Below are positions 13,604 to 26,721 of a stretch of 64,000 bases of DNA, piece after piece. The notes below the pieces were generated by a model, which ran no database searches, was not told where the DNA came from, and saw only the letters and a program-made list of their open reading frames with translations. The stretch comes from Chara braunii (taxonomy: Eukaryota > Plantae > Charophyceae): assembly GCA_003427395.1 (NCBI GenBank), contig BFEA01000020.1, positions 2,272,747-2,336,746 on the forward strand, given 5' to 3'. Within the stretch, counting starts at the first letter, position 1; each line of letters opens with the position of its first letter. Made by a program: the position numbers and the translations under genes.

Positions 13604-16501
13604 CTGAGCCTGAGCATTCCTCCATCGGGGTCGTTATCAGCTGCAAGGATTGTTTGATTGCCACCTCCCAGTCTGAGTGCCTCGCATTCCATCGACAGGG
13701 TAGGACCACTCTCCTCCTCATCTCATTCTTAATTTCCAGTCGGGCTGCAACTTCTATCTCCTTCCACTGACCCTTTGCTATTTTTTGTACGTTCACTGTG
13801 TCATCCTCCAACTCTCTGTTCTCATCCTTGAGTAGGTTTACCTGCACCACCAAGATCGCGGCTTGCCTTCTCAAGTCCTGCACGTCTTCCTCTTCTCTCT
13901 CTCCCTTCCCCTGATTTTCCTCCATGGTTGCACCCTCCGTTGAGTTATTCCCCCTACTAGTTGTACTGTCTTGCTCCTCTCCCGTTTGTGCCTTTCGTTT
14001 CTTGTCGTCCCTCTTCCTTTCCTTGTTGTGGTAGGTCTTCGGCCATTGAAATAACCTCCCATACTCCTCCTGCTGTATGTAGATCTCGTTCTTTACTGTG
14101 CAGCTCTTTCTTGCGTACTGAGATGCGTAAAACTCGTTGATTTCCCCTTCCCTCCTTAGCAGTTCGAACCTGTTTTCTGATGTAATGTCCCCCCCTGCNC
14201 TCTTTCTTGCGTACTGAGATGCGTAAAACTCGTTGATTTCCCCTTCCCTCCTTAGCAGTTCGAACCTGTTTTCTGATGTAATGTCCCCCCCTGCTTGTGT
14301 GGCCTGTTGGAGGTTCCTCAGGTGCTTATGGTGGGCCAGTCTGATTTCACACTCGATTGTCCTCCCCCATTCCANCTGTTCTACCTCTTTTATCCACCGT
14401 TCTCTNGTCCAATCTTCCACATCTGAGTCCNCTTGATCTTCCTCCTCCTCTTCCTNGTCGTCCTCTGATGAGTCTTCGCTCTTTGAGTCTGCTGAATTCT
14501 CCCTCTGGTCCTCCTCTGCCTGTAAAATCTGATCCACTGTCATGTTTTCAACGTTTTGCATGCCTCTTCTTCTCGCCCTTTCTCTTACCTTTTCTTCATC
14601 CTCCAATGCTCTCTGTCCCTGGGCGCCTTGGGCGCCNTGGGATCCGCTTTTGTCTTCTTCGTAATGAGAGGATCCTTCTGAGTGATCATTGTCTGTCGAG
14701 TCGTCCTCTCTCTCTCCTGCCGACCCTGTCCCTTCTTCCCTTGCCNTGCTTCCCTTTGAGGCTNCGCCATGTGAGCCTGAATCTGTTTCATTCTCCTTCC
14801 CCAAACTCCCTGANGATTCCTTGCTGGTTCTGCCCTCTCCCTCTTCCTCTTNTGTAGTGGGCCCCTTTCCAAATTGGGTNTTTTGTCTCCTTCTTCCCTN
14901 TTGTGACTCTCTTTCCTGAGTGTTGGACCCATCCTCTCCTCTTTCCTCTCCCTTCCTTTTTGTGGAAGTGTTTCCTCCTTCTGTTCCACCCTTCCCTCCT
15001 TGCTCACAGTACATATTGTACCCCTCACCCTCCTCCATTCCTCTTGAACTCTCCTCCTTGCCCCTTGCCTGTCCCTGCTGCTGTGCTCTGGCTTCTGCGT
15101 TTTCCAAGAATGCCAATTCTGCATTCTTCCCAACCTCATGCAGCTCCCTCATGAGCTTCAATCTCTGTTCCACATCCTACATTGCTTCTTCTTCCAACAT
15201 GGGTTTAATAAGGAATCCTGTTTCCTTATCCTCCATGCGTTTGGCTCCTGTGTGTCTCCACCTGCTGTCATAAGGAGGATAGATGTCTGGCTTGACTGTT
15301 GGCTCCCCTTTCATCACCCACACCCACTTTGGGTTTTCCAGATTGTCGTCAAAGATCCAACCCCTATACTGCGCTGCGTTTATGTACCATACTCCCGGAT
15401 TATTTTCACACTCCTGCATCATCGATTGCTTCAATACCATCCTTTTTCCCCCCTCTTCCCTTGAGCCCCCCTGTGGGCATGAAGTACCCAGATGACCTCT
15501 TCCTCTGCATTTGAAGCAAAAAGGATTGGTCTTGGATGAGATGAACACTGTGACTCTCTGCCCACTTTTCTTGAAGATCCACTGATCTGGGAATTTTGGC
15601 GGCGCCCCTGACGTTACTTCCAAGCATGCCACTCTTGCGTCGTGGTTTGGTGCCAGGAAGTCCGGGTTGGCCGTGAGCCATTCGATGATTGGGTTGTTAG
15701 GATACTCTGCTTGCAGCCTGCTTTGAACAAAGCTGTGCATCCCCTCCGACAGGTTATCAAACTGAACCCAGAAGTGGTTTCTCAGCATGGATTGTCTGTG
15801 CCTTGAAGCCTCAGCCTGCAGTGGCCTTGGTGGTTTCCAAGGTTGGATTGTCACCACCGACCCCTTGCATTTCAGCGATCTGATCGATATCAGATATTGC
15901 GCGTAAGTCGGATCCACGCAGACGATCATGACTGTAAACCTTCCCCTCCTGTGGTATGATAACTCTGGTTCCTTCCCAGGGACGTCTTCCATGGCTATTA
16001 GCCTATCCATCACCCATCTTCTCTTTTCGTTTAGTGAAAGCTCCCTACTTCGACCCGAAAAGTTGAACAGCACCGCATGTTTCTCGTACAAGTCATTCAG
16101 GGACTCGATGTCCTCCTCTGGGTATTTTCCCAAACCTCCACTTCCTCCTCCTTCCCTCCCTCCCCCTTGATTACTTCCTTTGTTACTTTGATCTCCGCCT
16201 TGATCTGAGTTTTCTCCAACAGGAATTNCATTGCNTTTTGCCCCAAAGTTCGTGACTTGGCAGCTTCCATCNTCGAGTTCGTGCCTGACTGAGATGGTAT
16301 CTGCCCTGAGTGGCTCATTGACTCTCCCCCTTGTCTTTTTGCGAACTCCCGCTTCTCCTTCTCACTCATTGCCCTTTGAGCTGCCTGGGAATATGAGATC
16401 GCCATTTNGCTCATTGACTCTCCCCCTTGTCTTTTTGCGAACTCCCGCTTCTCCTTCTCACTCATTGCCCTTTGAGCTGCCTGGGAATATGAGATCGCCA
16501 T
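13587..16501 (-). pseudogene. LINE ORF1 (CX2CX4HX4C knuckle, long acidic/coiled-coil C-terminal half), one frameshift and one stop
   Basis: CFKCRGRGHLGTSC in ORF 15177-16133. ORF 13587-15173 continues in the same frame after a TAG. Confidence 0.85.
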
Positions 16502-17613
16502 TTTTGGAAATGTCCTCCTAGGACAGAGTTAAGACAGATTGAAGAAAGCCCGTCTACGATTTTCAAACGTGACGGAGGATCGAGGCGATGGATGGATCAG
16601 TGTGAAAATAGGTGGGGGTCCAGGTAAGGATCTGTGTTGGGATCGTGTAAAGCTGAGAACGGAAAGGAATGGTTACTCGCCCAGTTCTTTTTGTTTTCTC
16701 TAGCTGTCCATTTTTTTCCAGTTTTCTGTCTAGGTACAAAGGTCGTAGATTGGTAGGCTGTAAGGTCTGTTCGTAGGCAGTCCAGTCCAGTCCAGTAGCC
16801 TAGGTCGGATCTCAAAATAGGTTGGAGACGATTGAGTTCGAATTTTGTCTTTGGCATTTCTTTTCATCTCGTTGACGGGAGGTCGTGTTCCGTTGTTGTG
16901 CTACTTTACAAGCAGCACAGCATCTCAACCTGGGTGGTGGCAGTCATATCCGGCCCTTACCTGCTTTTCCCTCAGGGGCGCTGGGCCTCTGGCCTCCAGC
17001 GCTGTAGGCACCTCCTCATTCTTGTGTCCTCGGGGTTGATAGGGCTGCTATGGAAGCCCTCCTTGGAAGTTCTCCACGAAATGGCCGCCACCTTCTTCTT
17101 CGTCAAGTTGGTGTTCTTCCTCTTGATCCTGGGAGCTGCGCTCCCCTGCTGAACAAACACTTCATATGCAGCGGGCCTCGTGATTGGTGCAGCTTAGTGT
17201 GTTTCAGGAGGGTGTGCGGCAATTGATGGGTCTGCTAGGTTGGGCGCTGGAAGTGGAAGTGCATAGCTGGAGCTTGACGTCCGAACAATCCATGTTGCCA
17301 TGCAGACCGGACATACATCATCATCATTCCATGGGGTGAAGGGGCCTGGCGCTCACACAGGAAGAATGCGCCGGTCCCCAACCATACACAGATGAAGAAG
17401 AGGGGAAGATGGGAATGTCGTCAACACCAAGTCTTCAATACAGGTCCCAAATAATCCCTCGTCAAATGTCTGAATCCCAATGTCGTGTCTGCACCCAAAT
17501 GTCGTCAAGTCCCAAAGTCACCAATCTCTCTCTCTCTCTCGTAGTCTGCAAATACTGAGAAGTCAGGTAGCGAGAGGGGGAGGAGGAGATGGTGGACTTA
17601 GAAGAGGAAGAAG

Positions 17614-17651
<38 letters not shown>

Positions 17652-20600
17652 ACCTGTGAAGGTGGCGCCTTGTTGCAGGTACATCGAAGACGAAGCTGGA
17701 GCTATGGCGCCACAGGTAAGTCTCCCTGGCCTCCGCCAACCATCTCTCTCTCTCCAGTACTACTCTAGCTCCTAATAGCGCCCAGTGCTGAAGACTACTG
17801 CTAACGCTACTGCTACTACTGCAGCGCTCCTCCAGAGTGCTGCTGCCGAATCCTGAAGACTGCCTCCTGCCTCCTGCACGTGAAATGCCTGGGAAGTTCC
17901 TATGAACTACCTCGTGACTGTCTGCAGCCTGTAGGGCGGTGTCGTACCAAATACCCTTACAAGGGTATTTGGCGTACTCCCTACAAGTCGCACTAGTGCA
18001 GCCTCGTCCGCTCAACAGCGCGCGTACAAGAGGAAGTTAGGTTCCCGCCACGGCGAGCGGGGCACGCGGGTTATCGGCGGCAAGTTGCAACCATGCGCGA
18101 TATGGGAGGGCGCAACATAGGTGTGCGCGGCGTCACGAGCCAAAGGGATGCGTGGCGCTTATTCTTATATTTATTATTTATTTATTTGTTTGTTTTTGTT
18201 GTTTTTTACCTCGGTAATCGGTTCTGAGGCCGACGCCGGGCACGGTGGCCGAAACGGCAGTCAAAGACCTTGAGCTCGCCCATCGAGACTCCGACGTGAC
18301 CAAGGCGCTGACGGAATCCTAATTGCGTGGGAACGTGGACCGAGGAGTTCAATGTGCATACGAGCCGGTGGGTGATTAGCCCGCAAGGCGGGAGAAACCT
18401 GGGTCACGCAGGCCCTTTGTGGGTATACCGCCACCATCCGCGAACCCGCTGTGAGAAGTTTGTGTGTGACCATGCCCTTTGGGACCCGGAAAGGTAGAGA
18501 GCCTCGCCAGACGCAGTGGGACGGGTACGCCCGGAAGGAGGTCGCGGGGCTGCAGGAGCTGGCCACAAGGAAGCCTTCTCCGCCTCGGTCTTCAAAGTTC
18601 CCATTTGAGCATTTACTACTACCACCAGGGATCCGCACTGGGACCCGCCTTGTTTAGCCCAGACCGCGGCGTTGCAGCAGGGCCTGAGCTTTCTCACTGG
18701 TCTCATCGCAAGGCAGGGGGGAGCAAGGGGGAGGCCGGCTGCGATGCAGACGTGCAACTCGGTCGTCGGAGTTGGGTGTAGGGGGGGAAGGGCCAAAATT
18801 TTGGTCAGATAGCTAGAGATAGAGGACTGTCCTTACTGTGCAATCGATAGGGTCGCGTGCTACGACCGAAGTTGACATCAACGTGAGGAAAAACGAACGG
18901 AGATGCTAGGCGATAGGAGATGCTGAAGAACGGACGAATCTGGGCCCGATAACGCACCGAATACATCCAACCACGAACATGGCGGGCGATGGGTCGAGCG
19001 CAGTTGGAGGAGAGTAAATCGCTTGACTCTCATCGGAACCGGGGGTAGGAGTAGGCGATTCCGAGGTTCTAAGCTATCGTGAGTCTAGTAGTGAGGTTAG
19101 TTTTGACAATAGGGGGCTAGTTTGAGAGCAGTAGAAGAGAGGAGTTGCGCGGAGCCATGGCGGACGGGGGAACGACGAGGGAGAGGGAATGCGATATCGG
19201 CCGCTACTCGAAGAGATCGGGCAGAAGAAAGCTCTACTTCGGGGCTTTTTGACGATGGCGACCCGAGATCTAGGGCTAGTTTTAGTAGAATGTTAGTGGG
19301 ATAAGAGCTACTAAGAAAACTAGTGCACGAAGGGGGCTATGGCGGGACGAGGAAGGAGAAAGGTAAAGGAGAGTGTTATTCGCTCGATCCTCAATGGATT
19401 CGAGCGGGGAAAGACACGGTATAGAGGTATTAAAGTGAGGTGAATTCGATTTTGTTGTTAGTTTGAGTGATTAGTAAGAGTAAAAAGAGGTAAGTAGAAA
19501 GAGTAGTGCGCGGTGAGGTCGGGGGAGTGCAGAAGGTGGGATTATGGGGCAAAGTTTTCGCTCGATTCTAGACGGAATCGAACAAAGTGAAGTGCTAGGT
19601 AAGGGCTTTCGAAGGTTGTGAACATGATGGTAGTGATAGTTTGGGTCATAAGTCAGCGGTTTGCCCGGGGTCAGTGCAAAGAGTTGCGCTCGGGGGCAGC
19701 TTTGAGAAAGAGATGAATCTTTCCGCTGTTTAGCGAAAGATTCATCAGTATTCTTTTATGCTCAGGCGTTATGATCGAAGCAGGGCGGGTTTAGTTGCGG
19801 AGTTGGAAGTGCCTGATGGATCGATGTGTTGCTTATCCCGATGGTAGAGTAGCCGCTCTCTACCACCCGTGTTTTAGCGGAGGAATCATCTAAAGTTTGG
19901 ATTGGGTGTCGATCGTCGAATCAGGAACAACGGGCGTAGCAATAAAGGTTCGCGCCGAGAAAGAGAGAGAGGGAGAATACTCACCTGGAAAACGGGCAAG
20001 CTGAGACGCTTGTGCTGTGCATACCGCTCGATCCTGTATGCTTCCAGAAGGGTGTCTGGTCAGAAAGCTGCTCGTGGAATCAGAACGGAACAACTGGAGG
20101 ATAGTCGAGAAATTGCAAGTGTAGCTGCAGGCTGGTGAGCAACCTGTCCTGTTGATCGAAGCAAGCTGCAAGTGGAGGCGGCTAGGAAGAAGCTTGCTTG
20201 CTGACCGACGTGACACTCTCCCCACCAGCCAGCGTAGCAACAGGCTGCTGAATTTTTGTTGCCAGTTGTGCCTACTGGGCCTACTGATTACTGATCTTGC
20301 CAGGCTTCGGGGCCAGTAGCTAGCGCTGCTATTTCGTTTTTTGAGAGGCGAAGGTGTTTCGTCTCAGCTTGTGGTTCGGAGTCACACTGGTGACCATGCG
20401 GACCGTTAGTTCCCATCGTGCAGCTCATTATTCCACGTACCTCACATCCTATTGATCGAAGCAGCAACGGGCAACCACGAAGGTGCGGACCTAGCCATTG
20501 GCCGGTGTTCTGCGCAACCAGACGTGCCGAGAAGTGAGAAGCGAACAATGAGCTTTGGAGGCTTACTTGCTGATTGATACGCTGCCTATCCTGCCGATCA

Positions 20601-21419
20601 AGGTAGTAGGAGCGAGATCGTGAATAGGGTGCTGGCCAAGGCTTGGCGAGGACTACACAGTCGGTATCTACACAGGCTCCGCCACGTTGCACGACTAGCT
20701 AGAAGCGTTGTTGCTTCATTGCTGAGAAGGAAAAGGTTGGGTTTTCGATTCACGACCCGTATCTTGGGTTGCGGCTTGGGCACTTCAGATCTCGAGCTGT
20801 GGAGGGCTGACCTCGTTGGAGAGGGATGTTGCTGTGAATCGGAAGGATTATCAGAAAGCCAACGGCCTAAGGTTTAACTTTAAATTTGTCAAGATTCTAC
20901 AAATAGGCCATCATTGCGGGGCCCTCAGGCGCATCAAGACAACTAGGCCCTCTCTTGGGAGTTGAGTTAGTCTCTTTCTTGTATCTCGAGCGTCCGAAAC
21001 CCCTATCTTCTATCTTTCGTACTCTAAGTTTAGTCCAGTTCAGAGAGGAAGGCGGCAGGCGGGATTGCAACCCGTAGGACCGCAACAAGACTCCGTGGGG
21101 AGTCATCCCACAGATTGCGGGAGCTCTGCCAGAACTCAGGAGGAGTTCTGGAGGCAGGGAAATGAGAGGTAATCATTGTTTTCCTTCTATAAACCCATTA
21201 TAACCCCTACTTGTATTCATTGTTGCGTTTTGACTGAGTATATTATATGCATCCCTACTTTGACTTTAAATTTGACTGTCATGACAAAACCAAACTAAGG
21301 AATGTATGCGCAATGTCAGTTTCAGTTTTTATTGTTTGACTTAAAGCAGATTGTGGGATTGCATCTCGGGGAAGGATGGGAGGAAGGCAGTATTGCATGT
21401 TTGACTGGGACAACCAAAG

Positions 21420-22085
21420 GCTGGGAGAGTCTCCATAAGATTGGAGGGTTGAGTGCTATGTTTACTTTTGATTGCCTGAAGGACCAGACACGTTCCCATA
21501 AGATTGGGTGGTCTGGTTGCTTTGATTTGTGAGGGCTGACTACGATTGACTTTTCAGGAACCAGGCATGTTCCATAAGTTTGGGTGGCTTGGTCGCCTTG
21601 TTTACTTTGGGTTTCTTTCAGTTTCTTTCTGCTTTGCTTTAAGAGAATGAACCAGGCTGAGGACCAGACATGTTCCATAAGTTTGGGTGGTCTTGGTCTA
21701 ATGCCACACACATGCTGGAACCAAAGGGATATAACTTGGCTATATTTTATTATTACTTTATCTATGAACAGGCTAGTCAGACAGGGTTCCATAAGTTTGG
21801 GTGGCCTGACTATAGCTTATCACCAACTGAAGAGAGTATCAACTAAGAGTAAACTTGTGGTACGAAGGGGCAGACTGAATCTTGAGCTAAAGATGTTCGG
21901 TTCAGTTATATGCTACCTCAAAAGACTAAGTGCAAATAATTATATAAAGTTGGGATACTTAAACAGTTCAGGGCGACTAGGGTGGCCTAGTCATATGCTC
22001 AAAGAAGAGAAAAGTTGTTGTGCCATGTGTTTGTGTATACTCAATGGTTGAGCCAGACATGTTCCATAAGTTTGGGTGGTCTAGC
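21420..22085 (+). repeat. Dispersed hairpin repeats CCA-TAAG(T/A)T-(T)GG in E1
   Basis: About 6 copies of (T)TCCATAAG(T/A)TT(G)GG(G)TGG, several enclosed by AGAC/GTCT-type stems. Confidence 0.8.
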
Positions 22086-24084
22086 TTTATGCCCTATGTA
22101 AGTTGGGTATAAAGGGATAAATCATTGAGAGACTCTGAACTATTGTTTGATAAGTTGACTTAGGGATGGTGAGAGTACTTACCTTTGTGGTTTGGTCTGC
22201 ATATAGCTGAGTGAGATTACTACTTAGTCTGACTTTCAGTTGATAGATAGTTGCTTTAGTTGCTCGCCACGTGCTAGAGCCATAGGAGTTAGTTTCAATT
22301 CTTGCATTTTCTGAGCTATGTTTTTTTTACTTAGGTCAATTTCTGCATTTTCTGGAATTTTTTATTATACTTGGTCTTGTATAAATCTTGGTAAGCCACT
22401 TTCTCTACGGGAAGCGCTGCCAAAATTTCTACAAAACCAAGGAGTTAGTCAGATTTTATCTTTTCAAAGTTCAGTTTGTCTGACTTTTATATATGACTTA
22501 GTAAAAATATAGAGAGTCTCCTTTTCTAAAGGGATTGCTGCCCAAATTTTTGCTAATTCAGGGAGTTATATAAAATTGGACCTTGAGAAGTCAAAGTCGT
22601 TTTAAATTCTGAACTTAGCTTTGTATAAATTTTGGTAAGTTACTTTCTCTACGGGAAGCGCTGTCGAAATTTCTGCAAATCCGAGAAGTTAGTCAAAATT
22701 TGACTTTTCAAAGTTCAACTTGTCTGAACTTTATATATGGCTTAGTAAAAATATGGGAAGTCTCCTTTTCTAAAGGGAGTGCTGCCCAAATTTTTGCTTA
22801 TTCAGGGAGTTAGACAAAATGTGACTTTGGAAAGTTGAAGATTATTTTTTCTAGAAAGACACTTTTCCTACGGGAAGCGTTGCCGAATTGTTTTTAGTTT
22901 AGAAGAGATAAATTATATTTTGACAGGTGGCAACTCTGGCAATCCACTCTATATGGGGGAGATTCTGCCATAGGTCTACCTTTCTTTGGGCACTGGCTTA
23001 GCTATCACGAGAGTCTTGAGTGAAAACGTGTCATTGGGATTTGATCTCCATACATTGACGATTTAGCTTGGACATTGATCTATCGTATGATACAAGTCTT
23101 CTTTGGACATTCGATCCAGGATTTGGACTAGCTTCAGCTTGATCCTACGAGGATCAATTTCTGTTTTCATTGATAACAGGTCGGTTGGTTGATCGCCGAC
23201 TTGTCGGCTTACGACACAACTTTGCTTACACCTGTACCTCAACTTGATTGCCTTAGCCCTAAGATTTGATATGTTTCTTTGAGGGTTTTAACCGGACTTC
23301 TTTTAATGGCCATTATAAAGAACTTATGAGATTTATGAAAAGTTGAACTATGACTGGGGCTTGAGTGTGTGAGGCGTGGTGTGAGTTACAAGGAACAGTA
23401 AAGTTGACCACATTGGTGTATGGCAATGTGGCGTTCGTCTGTGTCTGTGTTTTTATACATGTTAGTGTCTTGGAGTCTGTGTATGATCCTTTCTTTGGAG
23501 GTTGTGAGAATGACAACCATGAGTCGCACGATCTGCATACCTGATGGGTTTATGTTTCCCCTTTTTTTATTTTGTCTCGATATCTGATTTGATATATGAG
23601 TGATGGGATGTTTATTTATTTATTGGGTGATTTTGCTTGTTAATTTTTTATAGTCGGGCGTTGTAATCTGTGGCAACCGTCAAAGTCAAACCCCTTGACT
23701 TCTTTCCAGACCCTGGATGATAGAGCTGGCCTCCAGGGCAATAAGAGATGATTGTCACCACATATATTAACCTGTGTACCACCCACTCTCCNCAGGGTGC
23801 AGAAGAGGGTGTGGTTTTCAACCGCACTTGGCGGTTGTCCAGCGTCGAGAGATCATTCCCTCAAGGCGCGTGTCAGTCGACACTTCAGTGTCGAATGCGA
23901 CCCTCGAGATTAACGAGGACAGCACGAGTATGGGTACTACATAATACGTCATCATCGCGACTGCTCGTGTATTTATTCATTGCTAGTTGATATGAGAAGA
24001 CCCTGCGTCCGCGCAGTTTTATACTAAGTCTCCCGCGTGACGCCTATCCGATTTCCGCATCGGAGAGTTATGGGATGGTTACTA

Positions 24085-24520
24085 AGGGACTAGGAGTGTT
24101 GTTGCGTCGTTTGTTTTGTGTCGTTCTGTATATGTATGTGTGTGCGTGCGTGTTTCAATTTTTAAGTTCTTAGAGTGGTGTACGCGTGGTGCGTGGGATA
24201 CGTCCTAGTCGACCGACGACGGGTCGCGCTTGGGACTTCAGCCCCCCCAAGACGCCGGTTCGTGTGCGGGTCCGATAGAGGCGTAAAACCGCGCGTACCC
24301 CCTATACTGCAGCGAACGAGAAACGCCCTTGGATGGTCCACCTCTGCGATTGCAGCCGATTAGCTTTCGTACTGTGGATTGGTAGCTCGGCGGGGATACC
24401 CCCACCGAAGGGAGGTGACAGCTCCCGTAAGGTGGAGGTAAGTCGTGCCTCGTGTATGCCCTATCCTGTCGTACGGGCTCGCGAGAGGTATGGCTGGCGC
24501 ACTCGGTCGGAGCGGCTTGC
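24085..24520 (+). ncRNA. Structured 3' motif A, copy in E1
   Basis: AGGGACTAGG...GTCCTAGTCGACCG...CGAACGAG..ACGCCCT...GGTGACAGC...TATCCTGTCGTA...GCTGGCGCAC, shared by five copies. Confidence 0.65.
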
Positions 24521-24660
24521 GGAAGCTCCATGTATATATTCACGACAAGGATAAGACCAACTCTTGCGTGACGCGACTGGGAAGGTCCCGCCCCGTTTTG
24601 TGCGGTGCCGGACCGATGCGCTCGACAGCGGGCCAGTCTTATACAGTGCTGGCCCGTCCA

Positions 24661-26720
24661 GGAGGCTGCTCTTGCCAATGCCGAAACTTGCTAGACCCTG
24701 GCGTTGAAGTTCAAATAAGGGTTGTCTTGAAAACAGGCCAAAAATGGCCTGTTCTAGAACCCTCGTCTGGTGCCTAAGTTTCAGGGCAGGTTGATCTTAT
24801 GAGGGCCTGAAAATGGCCCTCTATTTCAGGCTGAAAAGACTCAGGGCCTGGAGGGCCCTGTTTTAGGCTGAAAAGACATAGGGCCTGTAGGCCCACGTTT
24901 TCAGGCTTTCAGGCTGAAAACGACACAGGCCCTGTAGGCCCTTGTTTTCAGGCTCTTAGGCTGAAAACGACACAGGGCCTGTAGGCCCTTGTTTTCAGGC
25001 TTTTAGGCTGAGAACGCTGGTCGGGCCCTGCAGGCCCGTGTGGCTGCGCCGTATGCCACAGGCTCAAGGCCTCGACGACCCCTATTGGGCCCTGTTTTCA
25101 GCAATGTCGGTCGCCCTAAGTGAAGGCAGGCCCGACCAAGGTCGAGAGGCCTATTTTTTGGCTACCACGCAACTGAGGAAATCCAGGCAGTTGCGCAACG
25201 CCATTTGGTTGAGAGCGCCCAGGCCCTGGTTGCCATTTTCATATGTAACTGAGGCAGGCCCTAGGCCAGATACGCAACATGGACCGAACACAGGCTGCAA
25301 GCAGTTGAACACAGGGAACCGCCATAGGCCCTGGGCCTGATTTGTTTGGACTACTTGGGGCCTACTGGAAGCTTCTGGGCAGGGGCCCAGCGCAGCAAGG
25401 CCGCACGCAGCAGGCACGCCACTTCCATTTAGGAAAGTGTCTGCCCTCGCATTTGGCATTCGAGCACTTGCCACATGCTGCGCTACTGGCAGGCAAGCGC
25501 CCACGCGTTCACGGGCGAGCTAGGGATACGCAGGCAGCCATAGCCGAGCTGGCCTGCGAGGTGCTGGATGGGGCGCATGGTGGTCATTGGGTGCACATGG
25601 CATTCTTGTGTGGGGGATCGAGGTTGTGAGTGATGCGAGAGACATACCTGGTGCTTGAGGCGAACGACATTGGCCGAGATCTGTGTGTGTTGGACAAAGG
25701 TTGAAGCCATACAGTCTTCCATTGTAGACACCCTAGACTCCATCACAAAGAGCCTTCCTACCCCCACTCCCTCTCCTAGCCCTACTCCTCAGTCACCTAA
25801 ACCCAAACCACTCTCCATTTCTGGTGCACCACCTCCCGACTCCCCCAAAGGAAAACCTGCTTCTCCAAGTTGCAGCGGCAGGTTGTCCTAGGGACTGGGG
25901 CCAGCCAGACACCTAGTGCAGGTCCGACTGCTAGCAGTTCAGGCCAGTAGGACTGGAGACCATCTTTCAGGGCCTAGAGGCGAGGTTTGCAGACAAGGAG
26001 AAGGCTCATAAGGCTGCAGATGAGTTGTCGGTCTTGGTCGCCCTGACCAAACTCAATGCAGACTTCGAGCGCCTTACCTCCACTCCGAGCTTGTCAATGT
26101 CAAAAAGTGACAAGTTAACATACTTTGTCAGGACATCACTTGAAAGGTATAGCATGGCCCTGTATTCTGCAGGCCACAAGAACTGGAGAGCCTTTGGTGG
26201 AACAGCCTTGGTCATGGAAGATGCACTCCATGTCCAGTCCACTCCCTAGCAGGGAGGCACATCCTCTTCCCAGAGTAGGAAGAAGGGAAAGGGAGGTGTG
26301 TATACCATGGAGTCTGATGATGACTCCGTCTAGCCAAAATCTTCGGTTGCATCATGACAGTTACATGTTGCGCCTGCAACAGGCTGCACGGGCCATTTCC
26401 AGGCCCGTGACGTTAAGGGCCTACAAGCCATGTGTCGTTTTAGCCTGAAAGCCATGTGTCGTTTTAGCCTGAAAGCCTGAAAACAAGGGCCTACAAGCCC
26501 TGTGTCGTTTCAGGGTAAATCAAGGCCTTTCCGACCCTGAGTGTTTTCAGCCTGAAACTGAGGGCCATTTCCGGGCCCTCATAAAACCGACCTGCCCCGA
26601 AACTCAGGCACCAGACCAGGGTTTTAGCTCAGGCCATTTCTAGCCTATTTTCAAGACAACCTTTGTTTGAGCTTCAACCCCAGGGTCAGGCACGTTGAGG
26701 CATTGGCAAGAGCAGCCTCC
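24661..26720. mobile_element. Non-autonomous element with ~350-bp terminal inverted repeats and subterminal repeats
   Basis: GGAGGCTGCTCTTGCCAATGCC at 24661 and GGCATTGGCAAGAGCAGCCTCC ending at 26720. Inverted similarity continues through the AGGCTGAAAA repeats. Confidence 0.85.
25051..26360 (+). mobile_element. Gypsy LTR + PBS-like TGGTGCTTGAGGCG + decayed gag-like start, nested in the TIR element
   Basis: 25051-25680 is an inverted homolog of 40175-40824. Confidence 0.7.
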
Positions 26721-26721
26721 T

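Larger units (their letters stand above)
8018..16860 (-). mobile_element. L1/Tx1-clade LINE, near full length, poly(A) tail at 8018-8057 (5' boundary approximate)
   Basis: ORF1 with CCHC knuckle, ORF2 with APE-RT-zinc finger, T-rich tract on the plus strand at the 3' end. Confidence 0.92.
17940..24627 (+). mobile_element. E1: TGTCG...CGACA element, 4-bp TSD GCGG, non-coding/decayed
   Basis: GCGG|TGTCGTACCAAATACCCTTACAAGGGTATTTGG ... GATGCGCTCGACA|GCGG. The 3' ~3.3 kb is colinear with 59530-62940. Confidence 0.85.

Noticed and set aside
8575-16505. Scattered single Ns and ~95-bp duplications (14110-14295, 16310-16505, 13490-13630) as biological features
   Set aside because: Ns at the duplication joints suggest gap filling from multi-copy repeat reads.
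19600-20900. Intact gag or antisense gene in E1
   Set aside because: Only weak coding-like traces with many stops. Not enough to name, so it cannot settle the LTR-less versus solo-LTR question.
24085-24210. Group I intron P7 (GACTA/TAGTC)
   Set aside because: Only the pentamer pairing matches. The surrounding R/S consensus and P3-P6 core are not recognisable.
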